Shown here: positions 38,513 to 50,558 of the stretch, in pieces
Layout of the letters: every line of letters starts with the position of its first letter
How positions within the stretch are numbered: the stretch's first letter is position 1
Assembly: GCA_964016885.1 (NCBI GenBank)
Contig: OZ024745.1
Span: forward strand, 131,068,001 to 131,132,000
Direction: 5' to 3'
Source: Eledone cirrhosa
Taxonomy: Eukaryota
DNA: 64,000 nt
Made by a program: the position numbers and the translations under genes
The notes under the pieces: model-generated
Told to the model about the DNA's origin: nothing
The model's input: only the letters and a program-made list of their open reading frames with translations
Database searches by the model: none

Positions 38513-39194
38513 ATATATATATGTGTGTGTGTGTGTATGTGTAACTAGTAAAACTGTAAAAACGCAGCGGTATATTCTAATTTGGTCCTTAAAAGGACCA
38601 AATTAGAATATACCATTTAAGTAACTCCACTTACGCGTGGTAGTAATACGGAAATAAACGATGTTTTGCTTCGTCTAACAGCTAATAGTGTTGTAGTGCA
38701 TGTTTAATGTATAAAGAAAATTAATTGTTACAGGAATGCTACCACTTAAAATAAAATTCCACCGGAGATAGATTAGTAAAGTTTAATAAGCGAGGGGCTG
38801 GGAAAAAATGTGAAAAATTAATAAAAGGAGCAGAGGGAGGATTATTTAACACCTGAGAGTATGTTAAAGTAAAAGAAACCTGCTTTGTTCATTCATTCGT
38901 TATGTATGAATGACAGCACAGTTTCATTGACAGTCTGTGGGAATTAGGAAACGATATACTATTGTTGCGGTAAATATTTTATTATGGAGTTCTTGGAACA
39001 ATAGAAAGCTAGACATAAGTAATATATCACTTGTTTCAAGGCCATTTCCCTTCAAAATACATCAAATATAAGCAGGAAAACAATTTCGCCATCAAAATTC
39101 CAAGCAAACTTACTATCCTTAACTTACTACCTTTAAAATTATTTTCAAAGTTATTACACCTGTCTAGGAGGCGGTCGATTTTACTTTTTCCTGT

Positions 39195-39264
<70 letters not shown>

Positions 39265-39971
39265 CTGTTGGAAACTCCGGGAGCTTCCAACAGCAATGGT
39301 TGCATTCTTTAAGGGTATGTCAATATTTATTTGTAAAACTGATCTATATTATATTTTATATGATGAAAGCACACCATAATTTAACTTGGTGTCCTTGAAT
39401 ATGTATAATGAAATAAATATGGTTTTATAAATATAGTTTCCATTTGTTAATATATCGTATTTTATAAATATAGTTTCCATTTGTTAATATATCGTATTTT
39501 TACTCCAATAATTTGTTGAGTGCTTTATATCAGTTATAAAATTATTTGCTTGTTGTATCCCAACAATTTAAATAGAACTTCTACATATATATATATATAT
39601 GTGTGTGGGTCGATAAAATAAAATACCAGTAATACACTGGAGAATTGCTGGTCTTGTGCCAAAAGTAGAAACAATTATTACTGTGTGTGTGTTTCTGTAT
39701 ATGTGTATATGTGTGTATTTATTCTGCAAGATTCTTGATGTGAAATCGTGTGTTGAAACCGATATTGTTATATTTGCGGATGGTTATGTTGCCAATAGAA
39801 AGAAACACACACATATATATATAAGTTAAGGGCCGAAACACTCGCTTGCGGGAGGGTTTCTTTGAAGATCTTCAGCTGTCCAGCTCTCCTGAGACTTTCT
39901 TACCAACACACACATATAATTTTCTAATGATTTACCTTGTTCTTGAGGATGAAATCCTCGTGGAGTTAAGA

Positions 39972-40276
39972 TGTTAGTGTAATAAAAGTTGAATGTATTT
40001 TACGCGAAGAAATGGAGGAGGTCGTTCACCTTCACGCCTGAAAATTACATAATGTAACTCGCAGAACAGCGTCTTATAAGCAGTTAAATTGACTTTCTTT
40101 TTCATTTCGGTTATTTTTGAGTTGCATAAAGGAGTGAATGACCTCAAAGATATGCAACTTGGCAAGTAATTTTATTCTTCATACAAACTTATTCATTCGC
40201 TGGTAACTGAATATCGTAATAAATATCCCAAGTTAGTAGAGCACTGAATCTCAATCAGTTATTTATTACACTAACA
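39972..40276. mobile_element. Small TIR element
   Basis: TGTTAGTGTAATAAA ... TTTATTACACTAACA inverted termini. Confidence 0.55.
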
Positions 40277-42458
40277 ATTTATGCTCCTGCCAAGTTGATT
40301 TTTTTTATTTATTATTATTATTAGGCAGTATCGGTAGATCGTTAGACACCATGCTTTGGCAGCATAGTTACGCCCCTTTACGATCTGAGTTCAAATCCCG
40401 CCGAAGTTAGCTTTGCATTTCATCCTTACGGGGTCGATAATATAAAGTACCAGTCACGCACTGGGGTCGATTTAATCAACATTCCCCTCCCCCAAAATTG
40501 CTGGCCTTGTACCTATATAAGAAACCATTTTTATTTGGTGGTTTGACAGTATCGGTAGAGCATCAGACACCATGCTTTGCAGCATAGTTATGGCCCTTTA
40601 CTTTATGGGTTCAAATCCCGCCGAGGTTAACTTTGCCTTTCATCCTTACGGGGTCGATAGAATAAAGTACCAGCAATGCACTGGGGTAATTGCTGATCTT
40701 GTGCCAAAAGTAGAAACATTATTATTTGTCAATGAAACATGTGTCCAACATGAAGGTACACACATATCAATCTTGAATGCGTGACTTACTCTTGGGTCTC
40801 AAATAATCACTCCCCTCACTTCCTGCTTATTTATTTTTCAACCCCCTCTCTGCTTATTAAATGTTGCTAATCTATCTGCAGCAAAATTTTATTTTAAGTG
40901 GTCGCATTCCTGCGACAATTTTATTTAGACATTAAAAAACATTATACATGACAAAAAATGTACATTACTAGAAATCCTATACATTATAAAATAAACAGGG
41001 TGGGTTGGAGTCTCAACCCACCCTATTTATTTTATAACATATGGGATTTCTAGTAATGTACATTTTTGTCATGTATAATGTTTTTTAATGTCTAAATAAA
41101 ATTGGTGCAGGAATGCTAAAACTAAACGACTAATTCTGGTTTTTTAAAAAAAATCAACAGACAGCCTAGAAAAATTACCCATCCTCATCCCCCTTATATC
41201 ACGCCTGGAAGGACACATTAGTTAATAGAGTTCTAGATACCTTCACAAAAAATGTGATGGTCATAGCAAGAAAGCTTTTGATTATAAGTCTGTGTGGAGG
41301 CACGTGGCCTAGTGGTAAGGGTGTTGGACTTACGATCATAATGTTGTGGGTTTGATTCCTGGGCTGCGTTGTGTGTTGTGTTCTTGAGCAAAATACTTCA
41401 TTTCACGTTGCTCCAGTATACTCAGCTGAAAATGTGTATCACCTGCAATAGATAGGGGGTTTAACTCTGCAATGGACTGGCATCCTGTCCAGGGGGCTGT
41501 CTTGTACTTTGTCACTTCACAAAACTTAAACTGGGATAAGTACCAACCTGATGAGCTCGAGACAGACTTTAACAATCAGGGTTGTTCTGGGGCTAAACAA
41601 CTACAACCTGATGAATGGTAAAGTTAACCTCCATGTGATTTGATGTTAAAATAATGGAAAGGGATAGCTGCTGCTTCTTTGCCCACTTATTCCTGAGAGG
41701 GTTGTGGGGACAGAGTCCTCAAACACTCCAGCCAGTAGGTCTTGTCAGAAGCAACTGTCTCCAACGGATTTGACTGGATCCCCAAGTGAGACCAGCCAAG
41801 CTCATGGATAGCTGTAACTAAAATACTACAAGACTTCTTTATTCAGGACTTTAATGATTCTGTCATTTCTTCTGCCTTATATTAATAATTCTGTCATTAT
41901 ATCTCATTGATAATGACATTCTTAACTTCCTGTAATGATTCAGCAGAAAATATCTAAAAATGTCTGTCATTTCAAATGTTTACAGTATCTTTACAAATGT
42001 GAAAATTTGCAGTAAAATTTGTAATGAAGACTTTAATTTTTTAAATGATGCTGTCATAATGTTGTTTCTGTACTTTTCAAAAAAATTGTAATAAAGATTT
42101 TAACCCTTTAGTATTTAAACCAGCCATATCTGGCCAGAATTCTCACACCTCTTTCTGTTCAAACCAGCCATAACTGGACACTTATACTTATGTTTAGGTA
42201 TTGTTTTCAAAATAAATGATATCAAAATTTCATAGCTTCGATATTATGTGAGATAAAGCATTTATCATGAAAATACAATAGTAAATATAGCATAATCTAA
42301 ATACTAAAGGGTTAATTCTTAAAATGATATGGTCATAATGCTGTTTTGTACTTTTCAAGAAGAATGTCTTACTAATGCAGTTTCTTGTGGTACAGGATGT
42401 TAAGAATTATTATAATATTCTCTTGTTTTGCAGTAAAAGTTAGCACTTAGCATGACCA

Positions 42459-42609
42459 ATGCCGATTCAGCATTTTTCGGCTGTCCATTCTCAAGTAACT
42501 TACAAATGGCCCAAGAGCAGCAATTTCATTCTTCCCCGTCGACATTCATCTCAGTGGCTACAACAATGGGCCAGAAGAAGCAATCTACGCTCCAGGTTAA
42601 GAAAGATTG
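42459..42609 (+). CDS. SERAC1: SERAC1 coding exon 1 (acceptor at 42433, ATG at 42459)
   Basis: TTTTGCAG acceptor, in-frame upstream stop, basic presequence-like N-terminus ending ..RLRKI G|GTATGT; phase matches the next exon. Confidence 0.75.
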
Positions 42610-43577
42610 GTATGTACTTTTTTCCTTTTGATTTTTTTTTTTTAAAGATGATGTTTGCTTGAAGTATTGTGGAATATGAGATACAAATAGGACTAAGAAA
42701 TAAGTTTGATTACTTGGAAGCCTGACAATGTGTGTTTGGTAAAAATGCCACAGTAATAAGAATGTAGAAGAATAAAAAGAACACACAAATCAGTTCTGTA
42801 TGAGCAAGACATGGTCACGTGACCTGGCATTGCCCACAACAGGACAACTCATCTAACCCATGCTAGCGTAGAAGAATGGACATAAAACAGTGATGATGAT
42901 GATGATGACAGTGAAGTGAAGTAAAAGAGTGAGGGCGATAGAAAATTATATTAACAATTTTTAATGATCCCAAGTATTTTTGGATTTTCCATCTATTATG
43001 TAGAAGAGTCCGTACGGGGGAGGATCTCAGAGAGAAACCTGATAAATGATGTGGGTAGCTGGGAAGGGGGGGGGCTCAGAGAGAAACCTGAGAAATGATG
43101 TGGGTAGCTGCTCGATCTTTTTTCAAGTCTGCTAGGATGGAATATTTTTTGTTGGGGGAGGGGAGGGGGGTTGAAGTAAAGGTTGACTTTCTACAACTCA
43201 TCACTGAACTGGAGAAGTAGAAATAGGACCTGGTTTTAGCCAGTCAGTCAAAGCCTCCCAGCCCCTCCCCCTTTTTGTAGGGGTGGGGAGTTCCTGGAGA
43301 CATTAACTTGCAGATGTTTCAGCTAGACATTGACCAAATCAGTTTCACAAGTTAGGAGTTGCCTACAAAAATTATGGACACTGTCCTTCCCCCTTTTACC
43401 TGACTACCATATTTTGGAATAAAAATAAACATACAAACTTTAGGCTTTTTCTCTACATGATAGGATTTCAACCTTACTTAACCTTTTTGTTACCAATCCA
43501 GTCAAAACCAGCTCTGATTCCTATGAAATAAAACCACCCATTTTAAAGGTTTCCAATTTAAATAAAAAATCTTCCAG

Positions 43578-44757
43578 ATGTGCAAACAAATGAATACCCT
43601 CTATCAGGCATCTAACATACTGAATGCCTTGCTTCCCTGGGCATGGATACATTAAAGCTCCGACGTCTGGCAACTGACTTGGTAGACACCCACAAGATTA
43701 TTAACCATCTTTCCAACAACAACCCTGAGCATCTTTTTGAATTCCAAATGTCTAAAACCCGTGGACATGCCTACAAAGTCAGAAAACAATACAGTTCCCA
43801 TGACTTTCGGAAACATATTTTCATGCTCAGAGTTGCTGAAGCAGGGAACAAACTACCTGCATCAGTTGTTAGCTGTCAGGACACTGCATCCTTTAAAACT
43901 TCCATGGAACAAACTACCTGCATCAGTTGTTAGCTGTCGAGACACTGCATCCTTTAAAACTTCCATGGAACAAACTACCTGCATCAGTTGTTAGCTGTCG
44001 AGACACTGCATCCTTTAAAACTTCCATGGAACAAACTACCTGCATCAGTTGTTAGCTGTCAGGACACTGCATCCTTTAAAACTTCCATGGAACAAACTAC
44101 CTGCATCAGTTGTTAGCTGTCGAGACACTGCATCCTTTAAAACTTCCATGGAACAAACTACCTGCATCAGTTGTTAGCTGTCGAGACACTGCATCCTTTA
44201 AAACTTCCATGGAACAAACTACCTGCATCAGTTGTTAGCTGTCGAGACACTGCATCCTTTAAAACTTCCATGGAACAAACTACCTGCATCAGTTGTTAGC
44301 TGTCGAGACACTGCATCCTTTAAAACTTCCATGGAACAAACTACCTGCATCAGTTGTTAGCTGTGGAGACACTGCATCCTTCAAAACTTCCATGGAACAA
44401 ACTACCTGCATCAGTTGTTAGCTGTCAGGACACTGCATCCTTCAAAACTTCTATGGAACAAACTACCTGCATCAGTTGTTAGCTGTCAGGACACTGCATC
44501 CTTCAAAACTTCCATGGAACAAACTACCTGCATCAGTTGTTAGCTGTCAGGACACTGCATCCTTCAAAACTTCCATGCTTCCTGAAATTGGCCAACACTA
44601 CACCTGATATTCCCCTTCCATACACATACATGCATGTGTGTGTCTATGTATATATCATGACTCATACACTGTTCACTTTCCTGACATTTGTACATTATTC
44701 TATGTAATATACATGCACCTTTGATGAGTTGTAGTGCACCTGAGTAGTGTACACAAT
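43578..44757 (+). mobile_element. CR1-like LINE 3' end nested in a TTAA MITE (43478-44906)
   Basis: LKLRRLATDLVDTHKII..TRGHAYK...FMLRVAEA.NKLPASVV, a CR1/L2-type C-terminus. Confidence 0.8.
43846..44577 (+). repeat. 61-bp minisatellite (12 copies) derived from the CR1 C-terminal coding region
   Basis: Unit GGAACAAACTACCTGCATCAGTTGTTAGCTGTCGAGACACTGCATCCTTTAAAACTTCCAT. Confidence 0.95.
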
Positions 44758-45023
44758 TTCCATTCTCATAATTTTATATAAGAACCTTACATTAAGTTAT
44801 TAGCTTACTAATGAAATAATTAATAATTTTAGTAAATCCATCAAAATTCTTCATTAATTAATTTAAATAGTGTATTTCATTAGAAATGCTGACATGAAAG
44901 GGTTAAATCTTTAGTTACCAACCCAGCGTGGGAAGACATATATTCTAATTCCATATGGGAGCTGCATAAACTACTTTACATCTCATAAAGTTTTATAATT
45001 TACCATATTCTTTTGTCTTCCAG

Positions 45024-45051
45024 GAATTGCCTTGGGTGGAATTATAATGTG
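45024..45051 (+). CDS. SERAC1: SERAC1 exon 2 (28-nt micro-exon, TM segment GIALGGIIM)
   Basis: TTCCAG|...|GTAAGT; aligns to human TGSLILGG; phases 1/2 consistent. Confidence 0.8.
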
Positions 45052-45717
45052 GTAAGTACATCTCTCAAATTATATTTGGAGGGGGTGAGGGTTATATTAC
45101 TAATAATTGTTTCTGATTTAGGCATAAGGCCAAACATTTTGGGGAGGGGGAAAGTCGATTAAATTGACCCCAGTGCATTACAGGTACTTTATTTTATCAA
45201 CCGTAAGGATGAAAGGCAAAGCCAACCTCGGAGAGATTTGAACTCAGATCGTAAAGGGCCGTAACTCTATTCCATAGATCATGTTACCCAATGCTCTATT
45301 GATACTGCCACTAATATAACAACAACACCAACAATAACAATATTATTAGAAATGTCCCAGAGGCTCGAATGGAGGGTATATTACTGAACAATTTCCCCAA
45401 ATATGGTCATTTGAGAAAGGACTATATCTTGAGATCCATGAAAATATTTGACTGCAGTACAGTAAATTAGTTATTTAGATAGTGCTCCCCCTGGTTACAA
45501 TGATGAACTGCACTTCTTCATAGTATGGTTTCTGTTGATAACTGTTGGAACTGGACTATTGAAAGTTCAGTCTCCATCAAGGTTAACATGGGTGAGATAT
45601 GGGATGGATAAGTTGCTGAAGAAGAAGAATGTATAACAAAAAAACAAAAACTGAGAAATTAAAGTAAAATTGCTATTTCTAAATGTTAGGATTTTTTGCA
45701 ACCTTTTTTCTTTTTAG

Positions 45718-45836
45718 TGGATCAGCAGTCTACCTCGAGGTGAAGATGCTAGATGAAAATCTGCCCTCCTTTAATAATATTGCCAACATGGACCGTAGAT
45801 CTGAATCAAAAGTTCTTCATAGTTCCCCACGTATTG
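45718..45836 (+). CDS. SERAC1: SERAC1 exon 3
   Basis: TTTTAG|..CGSAVYLEVKMLDE..PRI|GTGAGT; open in the expected phase. Confidence 0.8.
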
Positions 45837-45947
45837 GTGAGTAAAAAATAATTGTCTTTCACTCACTTAACATAACCATTAGTTACTTTTATACAACATA
45901 GAAAAATTATCGATTTTCCACCCACCCCTCTTTCCAACCTCCACCAC

Positions 45948-46563
45948 ATCCATATTCCACGCTTGCATGGGTTTGGGCGGGAGTTTTCCCACTTGAGGCA
46001 AGAGTGGTTGTCTTGCTCGCATAGGACTGTCTGGCGGGTTTTCTACAGCTGGATGCCCTTCCTAACACCAACCACATTTACAGTGTGGGGCTGGGAGGTT
46101 TTTACCGTGTTACCTACACGGCCACATTACAGCGTCGACTGTGTGTTTTTTTGTTGTGACACCTACACGGCCTGGATGTTGTGGTACCAACATAACTTTA
46201 CATTGAAAGGGGTGGTGTGGATGGGGTGGGGGTAGTGGGACGGGGGGTGTATTTTGTTAGAGGTGCCTACTGACTAGTAGGTTTTATTTTTTATTTAGGT
46301 AAGGCGGGTCTTCTCTATTACTGTGTAGCGCCAAAGATCTCGGTCCAGTGACATTGTCTTGGAGAGGTGTAAGTGTGTGAGGTCGGAATTTATCAAGTCG
46401 TCCCAGGTTTTTCTGGGTCTGCCTACTCCGTGGCTACCGTCTATTTTTATTGCCCTGCATTTTTTTATACAGCTGTCGTCTTTCATGCGCATCACGTGAC
46501 CATACCAACGTAGCCTTCTCTCGAGTAAACAACATCTGATCCCTCTTATTTCTAATTTTTCCC
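45948..46563 (-). mobile_element. RTE LINE 3' fragment, antisense in a SERAC1 intron
   Basis: Nearly identical to 19588-20215 (EKLEIRGIRCCLLERRLRW...). Confidence 0.92.
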
Positions 46564-46688
46564 ATATATATATATATATATATGTATTGAAGTTTCCGTT
46601 GAAAATTGAAAAAGTCATAGGAGTGAAGAGTGCTCTATGTAAGTTACAGAGCTAAATTTAATGTATAATAAACAATACAATATAATTA

Positions 46689-46756
46689 CCTCGTTACCAG
46701 AGGTTTCCCGAATAAGACGAATACAAGAAACGTTCTCATTCATTCGTCAGACAAGG
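46689..46756 (-). ncRNA. Type-I hammerhead ribozyme
   Basis: Minus strand reads CCUUGU CUGACGA A UGAAUGAGAACG..CGUCUUAUUCG G GAAA CC-UCU-GG UA ACGAGG; intact core, 6-bp stem I, GUA site. Confidence 0.8.
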
Positions 46757-46762
46757 AAATTG

Positions 46763-46830
46763 CCTTGTCTGACGAACGAATGAGGACGTTTCTTGTATTC
46801 GTCTTATTCGGGAAACCTCTGGTAATGAGG
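46763..46830 (+). ncRNA. Type-I hammerhead ribozyme (sense to the SERAC1 pre-mRNA)
   Basis: CCUUGU(46763-68) CUGACGA(46769-75) stem II GAAA(46812-15) CC-UCU-GG UA (GUA at 46822-24) AUGAGG. Confidence 0.8.
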
Positions 46831-47849
46831 TAATTATATTGTATTGTTTATTATACATTAAATTATATATATATGGTAGTTAAGGGTTGAAACACTTGCT
46901 TGAGGTGGGGTTTCTTTTCTGAAGACCTTCTGCTGTCCAGCTCTCCTGACAGTTTCTTACCACTGATAAGGCAATCCTTCATATATAAGAAAAGATAAGT
47001 GCCTTTCATCACTGGTCTGCTCAGTTAGGACTAGCCTAGAGCTAAATAATAACAATAATGCATTTTAATAGACAATCAATTCCAATCTCAGTAGTTGAGT
47101 TAAATAAGAAAGAAATGTAAAGGCTTCATAAACCCTAAAGGGATTTTAAGATCCTGTAGCTTAACTTCAGTTCCTTGGATTTAATTTCATAAAAAGAACA
47201 TTCCTCTAAGAAATATTGTAAGTCAATGAGACCTCTATGCAGTCACTTGACTTGCTAGGAATAGCAGCCAAATCTTTCAAATTATACTCCCCTATCTTAA
47301 AAACAAAGGGAAGGGTACATTAGATAATGTTGTTTTAGAGATATATATGATTAAAAAAATGGATGGTCATGGCTGTAACACCTTTGATCATAGTTCAACT
47401 CAATTAAGCTTGACTCAGGGCTAAACAAGAACATGTAAAAATAACATTTCATCATCATCATTGTTTTAATGTTCACTTTCCTACTAGCAAGGGTTGGATG
47501 GGTCTACATAGACCAAGTGAGTACTGAAGCAGAGCCAATGATCTCCCAAGCAGGCCAGGGATCTATGTCTCACTTTATGTATGGTCAACGCTCCACCGAG
47601 TGTCATGTGTTTGACACAACTGAGGGTCTTCTCAACCCTCTTGTTTGGCAGGATTTCTACAGCTGGATGCCCTTCCTATCACCAACCACTTTATAGCATG
47701 TACTGTGTGTGTTTATCATATAAATCACCAACATGTATGGTCAATGCTGTTCCAAGTATACAGGAGAGGTTGACATGTCTTTGACACAACAGTTATATAA
47801 AATAAAAGTCTGTTTGATCGTAATTATCTCTTTTAAATGTGTTTTGCAG

Positions 47850-47900
47850 CTGACCTAAATACTGGCCCAGTGAAAGTAAAATCAAGAAATGATAAATTAG
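47850..47900 (+). CDS. SERAC1: SERAC1 exon 4
   Basis: TTTTGCAG|..ADLNTGPVKVKSRNDKL..|GTAAGA; phase 1/1 (symmetric, so could be skipped). Confidence 0.7.
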
Positions 47901-49018
47901 GTAAGAATAACGTCCTTATTTTGTCAAATGATAAAATTTACAACAAAATCTCTTTCAACATACGACAGTTTTAACAAAAAAATAATTGGAGTCCAAGAAA
48001 ACCTATGATTTGCAGGCACAAAATTTATACAGTAAATTTCACAAATCTGGATAAGTTTTTATGTTATGGGAAGAGAAGACTTGCTATGCCATACTAAACA
48101 AAGTCAAGTTTATTAAGCATACCAGAGTGCTGAAAGGTTCCTAGTTGTTGGTAAAAAAAAATACAGGGGATCAGTTAAAAGAAAATACAGGAGGATCAGT
48201 TAATTATGATTTTATTCAACATATTCCCCTCTCAGATTCACACACTTATTGCAGTGGTCCTACCTCCCCTGTTAAGATAACAGCTTTATCCTTTCGCGAC
48301 ACCCTTAAGCCAAGAACTTTTCAGCAACCCGGTACTAAATAAAGCTAAGTTTATTAAGTGTTATCAGTATTAGGCCTATCTTGAATTAACTTTTTTATTT
48401 TTAAAAATAAATATATATAGATATTTTTAATAAGGTTTCTGAAAAATCTTCTGCCATATATTGTCCTGTTCTATAGTTCTGTAATAGAATGGTTTGAACA
48501 CTGAAGGCAAGTGAATATGGTGTGAGAAATCTACAAATCCCAGAATTACTTGACCTCACAGATTAGATTGTCAGAATCTACAGCAGATCTATGCCAGCAT
48601 TGGAAAAAATAGACATTAAAATATTGATCTGGTACTTAACATTTAACATCCTGTACCACATGAAACCACATTAGCAAGATATTCTTGAAAAGTACAAAAT
48701 TGTACTATGACAGCATCACATTAAAAATGAAAGTCTACTTAGTTTACTGCAAATTTTATCCCATATCTCTCCACTAGTAAAAGTAAGATAAACATTTGAA
48801 TTAACAAAGCTGTTTTTAGAAATGTTCTGCTAAATCATTGCAGGATGTTAAGAAGTAAAGAAATAAAATAGAATAATTTTAAGTTATGATAGTTTTGATT
48901 CTAGACCAAATTTATTATTGTACCTTCTTTATCTCTCTCTCTCTCTCACACCCTCTCTCTCTCACCCTTTTTCTCTCTCTCTCCTATAATCTGCTTCTAT
49001 TTCTCTCTGTCTCCACAG

Positions 49019-49144
49019 CTGGTATTCTACCATGGCTTATGTCTCAGAGTAATGACCACTGGAATCTTCTGAAGTTGGCACAGTCAGAGAGTCGCCTTGC
49101 CCGAATTATTGGAGTCAAGAGACTTGTTCAAAAGACTTGGCAAG
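49019..49144 (+). CDS. SERAC1: SERAC1 exon 5 (end uncertain: 49144 with GC donor or 49147 with GT donor)
   Basis: CCACAG|..WNLLKLAQSESRLARIIGVKRLVQKTWQ, aligning to human [22 protein letters not shown]..HW. Confidence 0.85.
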
Positions 49145-49513
49145 GCAGTTATTATTTTTTTTTTTCTGTTGTTTGTTTATCTTTCTCTTTTGTTTGTTGT
49201 TTGACAACTTGAGCTTGTGACAATTAAGGTGCTGACAGTAGCTTTAGAAATTATGTTCAGGCTTTACCTCATAATTATCTCACATAATATCGAATCTATG
49301 AGATTTTAATATTACTTATTTTGAGAACAATACCTTAATGTCAGTATGAATGGCCAGTTACAGCTGGTTTGAACAGAAAGAGGTGAGAGAATTCTGGCTG
49401 GATATGGCCAGTTTAAATGCTAAAGTGTTAAAGTATCGCTAGAAATTATGGGGAACATCCAACCCTTGCTACCAGGGAAAGCAGACATTAAAATGACAAT
49501 GATGATCATCATC

Positions 49514-49730
49514 TCTCTATATATAAAAGCGAAACTGTCTGTATGTAGGCGATGCATTTCCACAGTTTCCATCCAATTTTGTTCAAATTTGATACATAGG
49601 CTATTTAGATCCCAGAGCATGTCAGCATATAGTTTAAATCTTTCTCTCCCCTAAAATACCAGAATTCTGGGGCTATTTAAAGCCGTGTTGAGAAGTGAAG
49701 GTGTGCCCAACAATGACAGTCTCTTGCTAG
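49514..49730 (+). mobile_element. Non-autonomous Helitron-like element
   Basis: 5' TCTCTATATATAAAAGCGAAACTGTCTGTATG; 3' ...TGCTAG|T. Confidence 0.55.
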
Positions 49731-50439
49731 TCTTCAATAAAAAGTGAATAGCATCCCAATTCCAATGTTTTAAGACTAAATTCCATGTGATACCCAGGTA
49801 TATGATAGTTAAGTTAAAGTCATCCCAACTTGTAAGGCCTCAGGCTAGAGCTTATCCCAGTAATTAAAAGTACAATATTCCCTTTTAAACAGGTCCCAGT
49901 TTCTGCAGTACTAATTTATTTTCAGCTGAGTGAACTAGAGGTATGTGAAAAAAGTGTCTTGCTCAAGGACACAATATGCCACTCATCCTAGAAATCAAAT
50001 CCATGACTTTATGATCCACACTTTATCCTAACCACCAGGCCACACACCTTCACTGATATGATAGTTTTGAGTAAAAATAATACTTCAACCTTAACTGCTT
50101 ACTTTGTCCAAAACTGAAGCTACATTGACAATGTAGTACTGCTCACATATGAAAGAGATATAAGAGGAAGAATGAACCTCAGTACTAAACTGGTACTATA
50201 TTTTTTATTGATCTTAAAATGATGAAAGGCAAAGTTGACCTCATTCTTACTACTTTATCATCTCTATATCAATTATCTTATCTAGTCATTCAGATGAAAG
50301 ACCCTGTCCAAAATATAAGATATTTTATTTTCATTGCAACTTAGAATATCTATTTTTGCTAACTTTTACTTCTACCTCTCAGCTATTCATTTTAATTTGA
50401 TGTGTCTTTTCTTATCTAAGAAATCTTTGTTTTATTCAG

Positions 50440-50558
50440 ACTATGAATATCGGGAGATTCGGCAAGCAGCTGACTACAGAACTTTCATTGGTCTTGCACG
50501 GTCAGAAAATGTTGATGGACGCTTTTTCCGGAAACCACCTCAGATTACTGATACACAG
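50440..50558 (+). CDS. SERAC1: SERAC1 exon 6
   Basis: DYEYREIRQAADYRTFIGLARSENVDGRFFRKPP vs human [36 protein letters not shown]/GT boundaries. Confidence 0.95.

Larger units (their letters stand above)
28106..38700. mobile_element. Segment bounded by long inverted termini of a GG-ended (Merlin-like) DNA element
   Basis: Left GGCACTACAACGCTATTAGCTG...AACATCGTTTATTTCCGTATTACTACTACGCGTAAGTGGAGTT mirrored at 38615-38700; internal short right TIR at 28435-28458; the flanks are the two halves of one MITE family. Confidence 0.55.
46584..46864. mobile_element. Penelope-like inverted pseudo-LTR palindrome
   Basis: 46655-46864 is a near-perfect palindrome with an unpaired tail at 46584-46654; flanked by (TA)n. 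Confidence 0.85.

Noticed and set aside
39036-39190. Possible Penelope RT remnant (GILMAKLFSCLYLMYFE)
   Set aside because: Similarity too weak to support without a database search
40320-40720. tRNA genes (A/B-box-like sequences)
   Set aside because: These are SINE heads continuing into the SINE core; no complete cloverleaf
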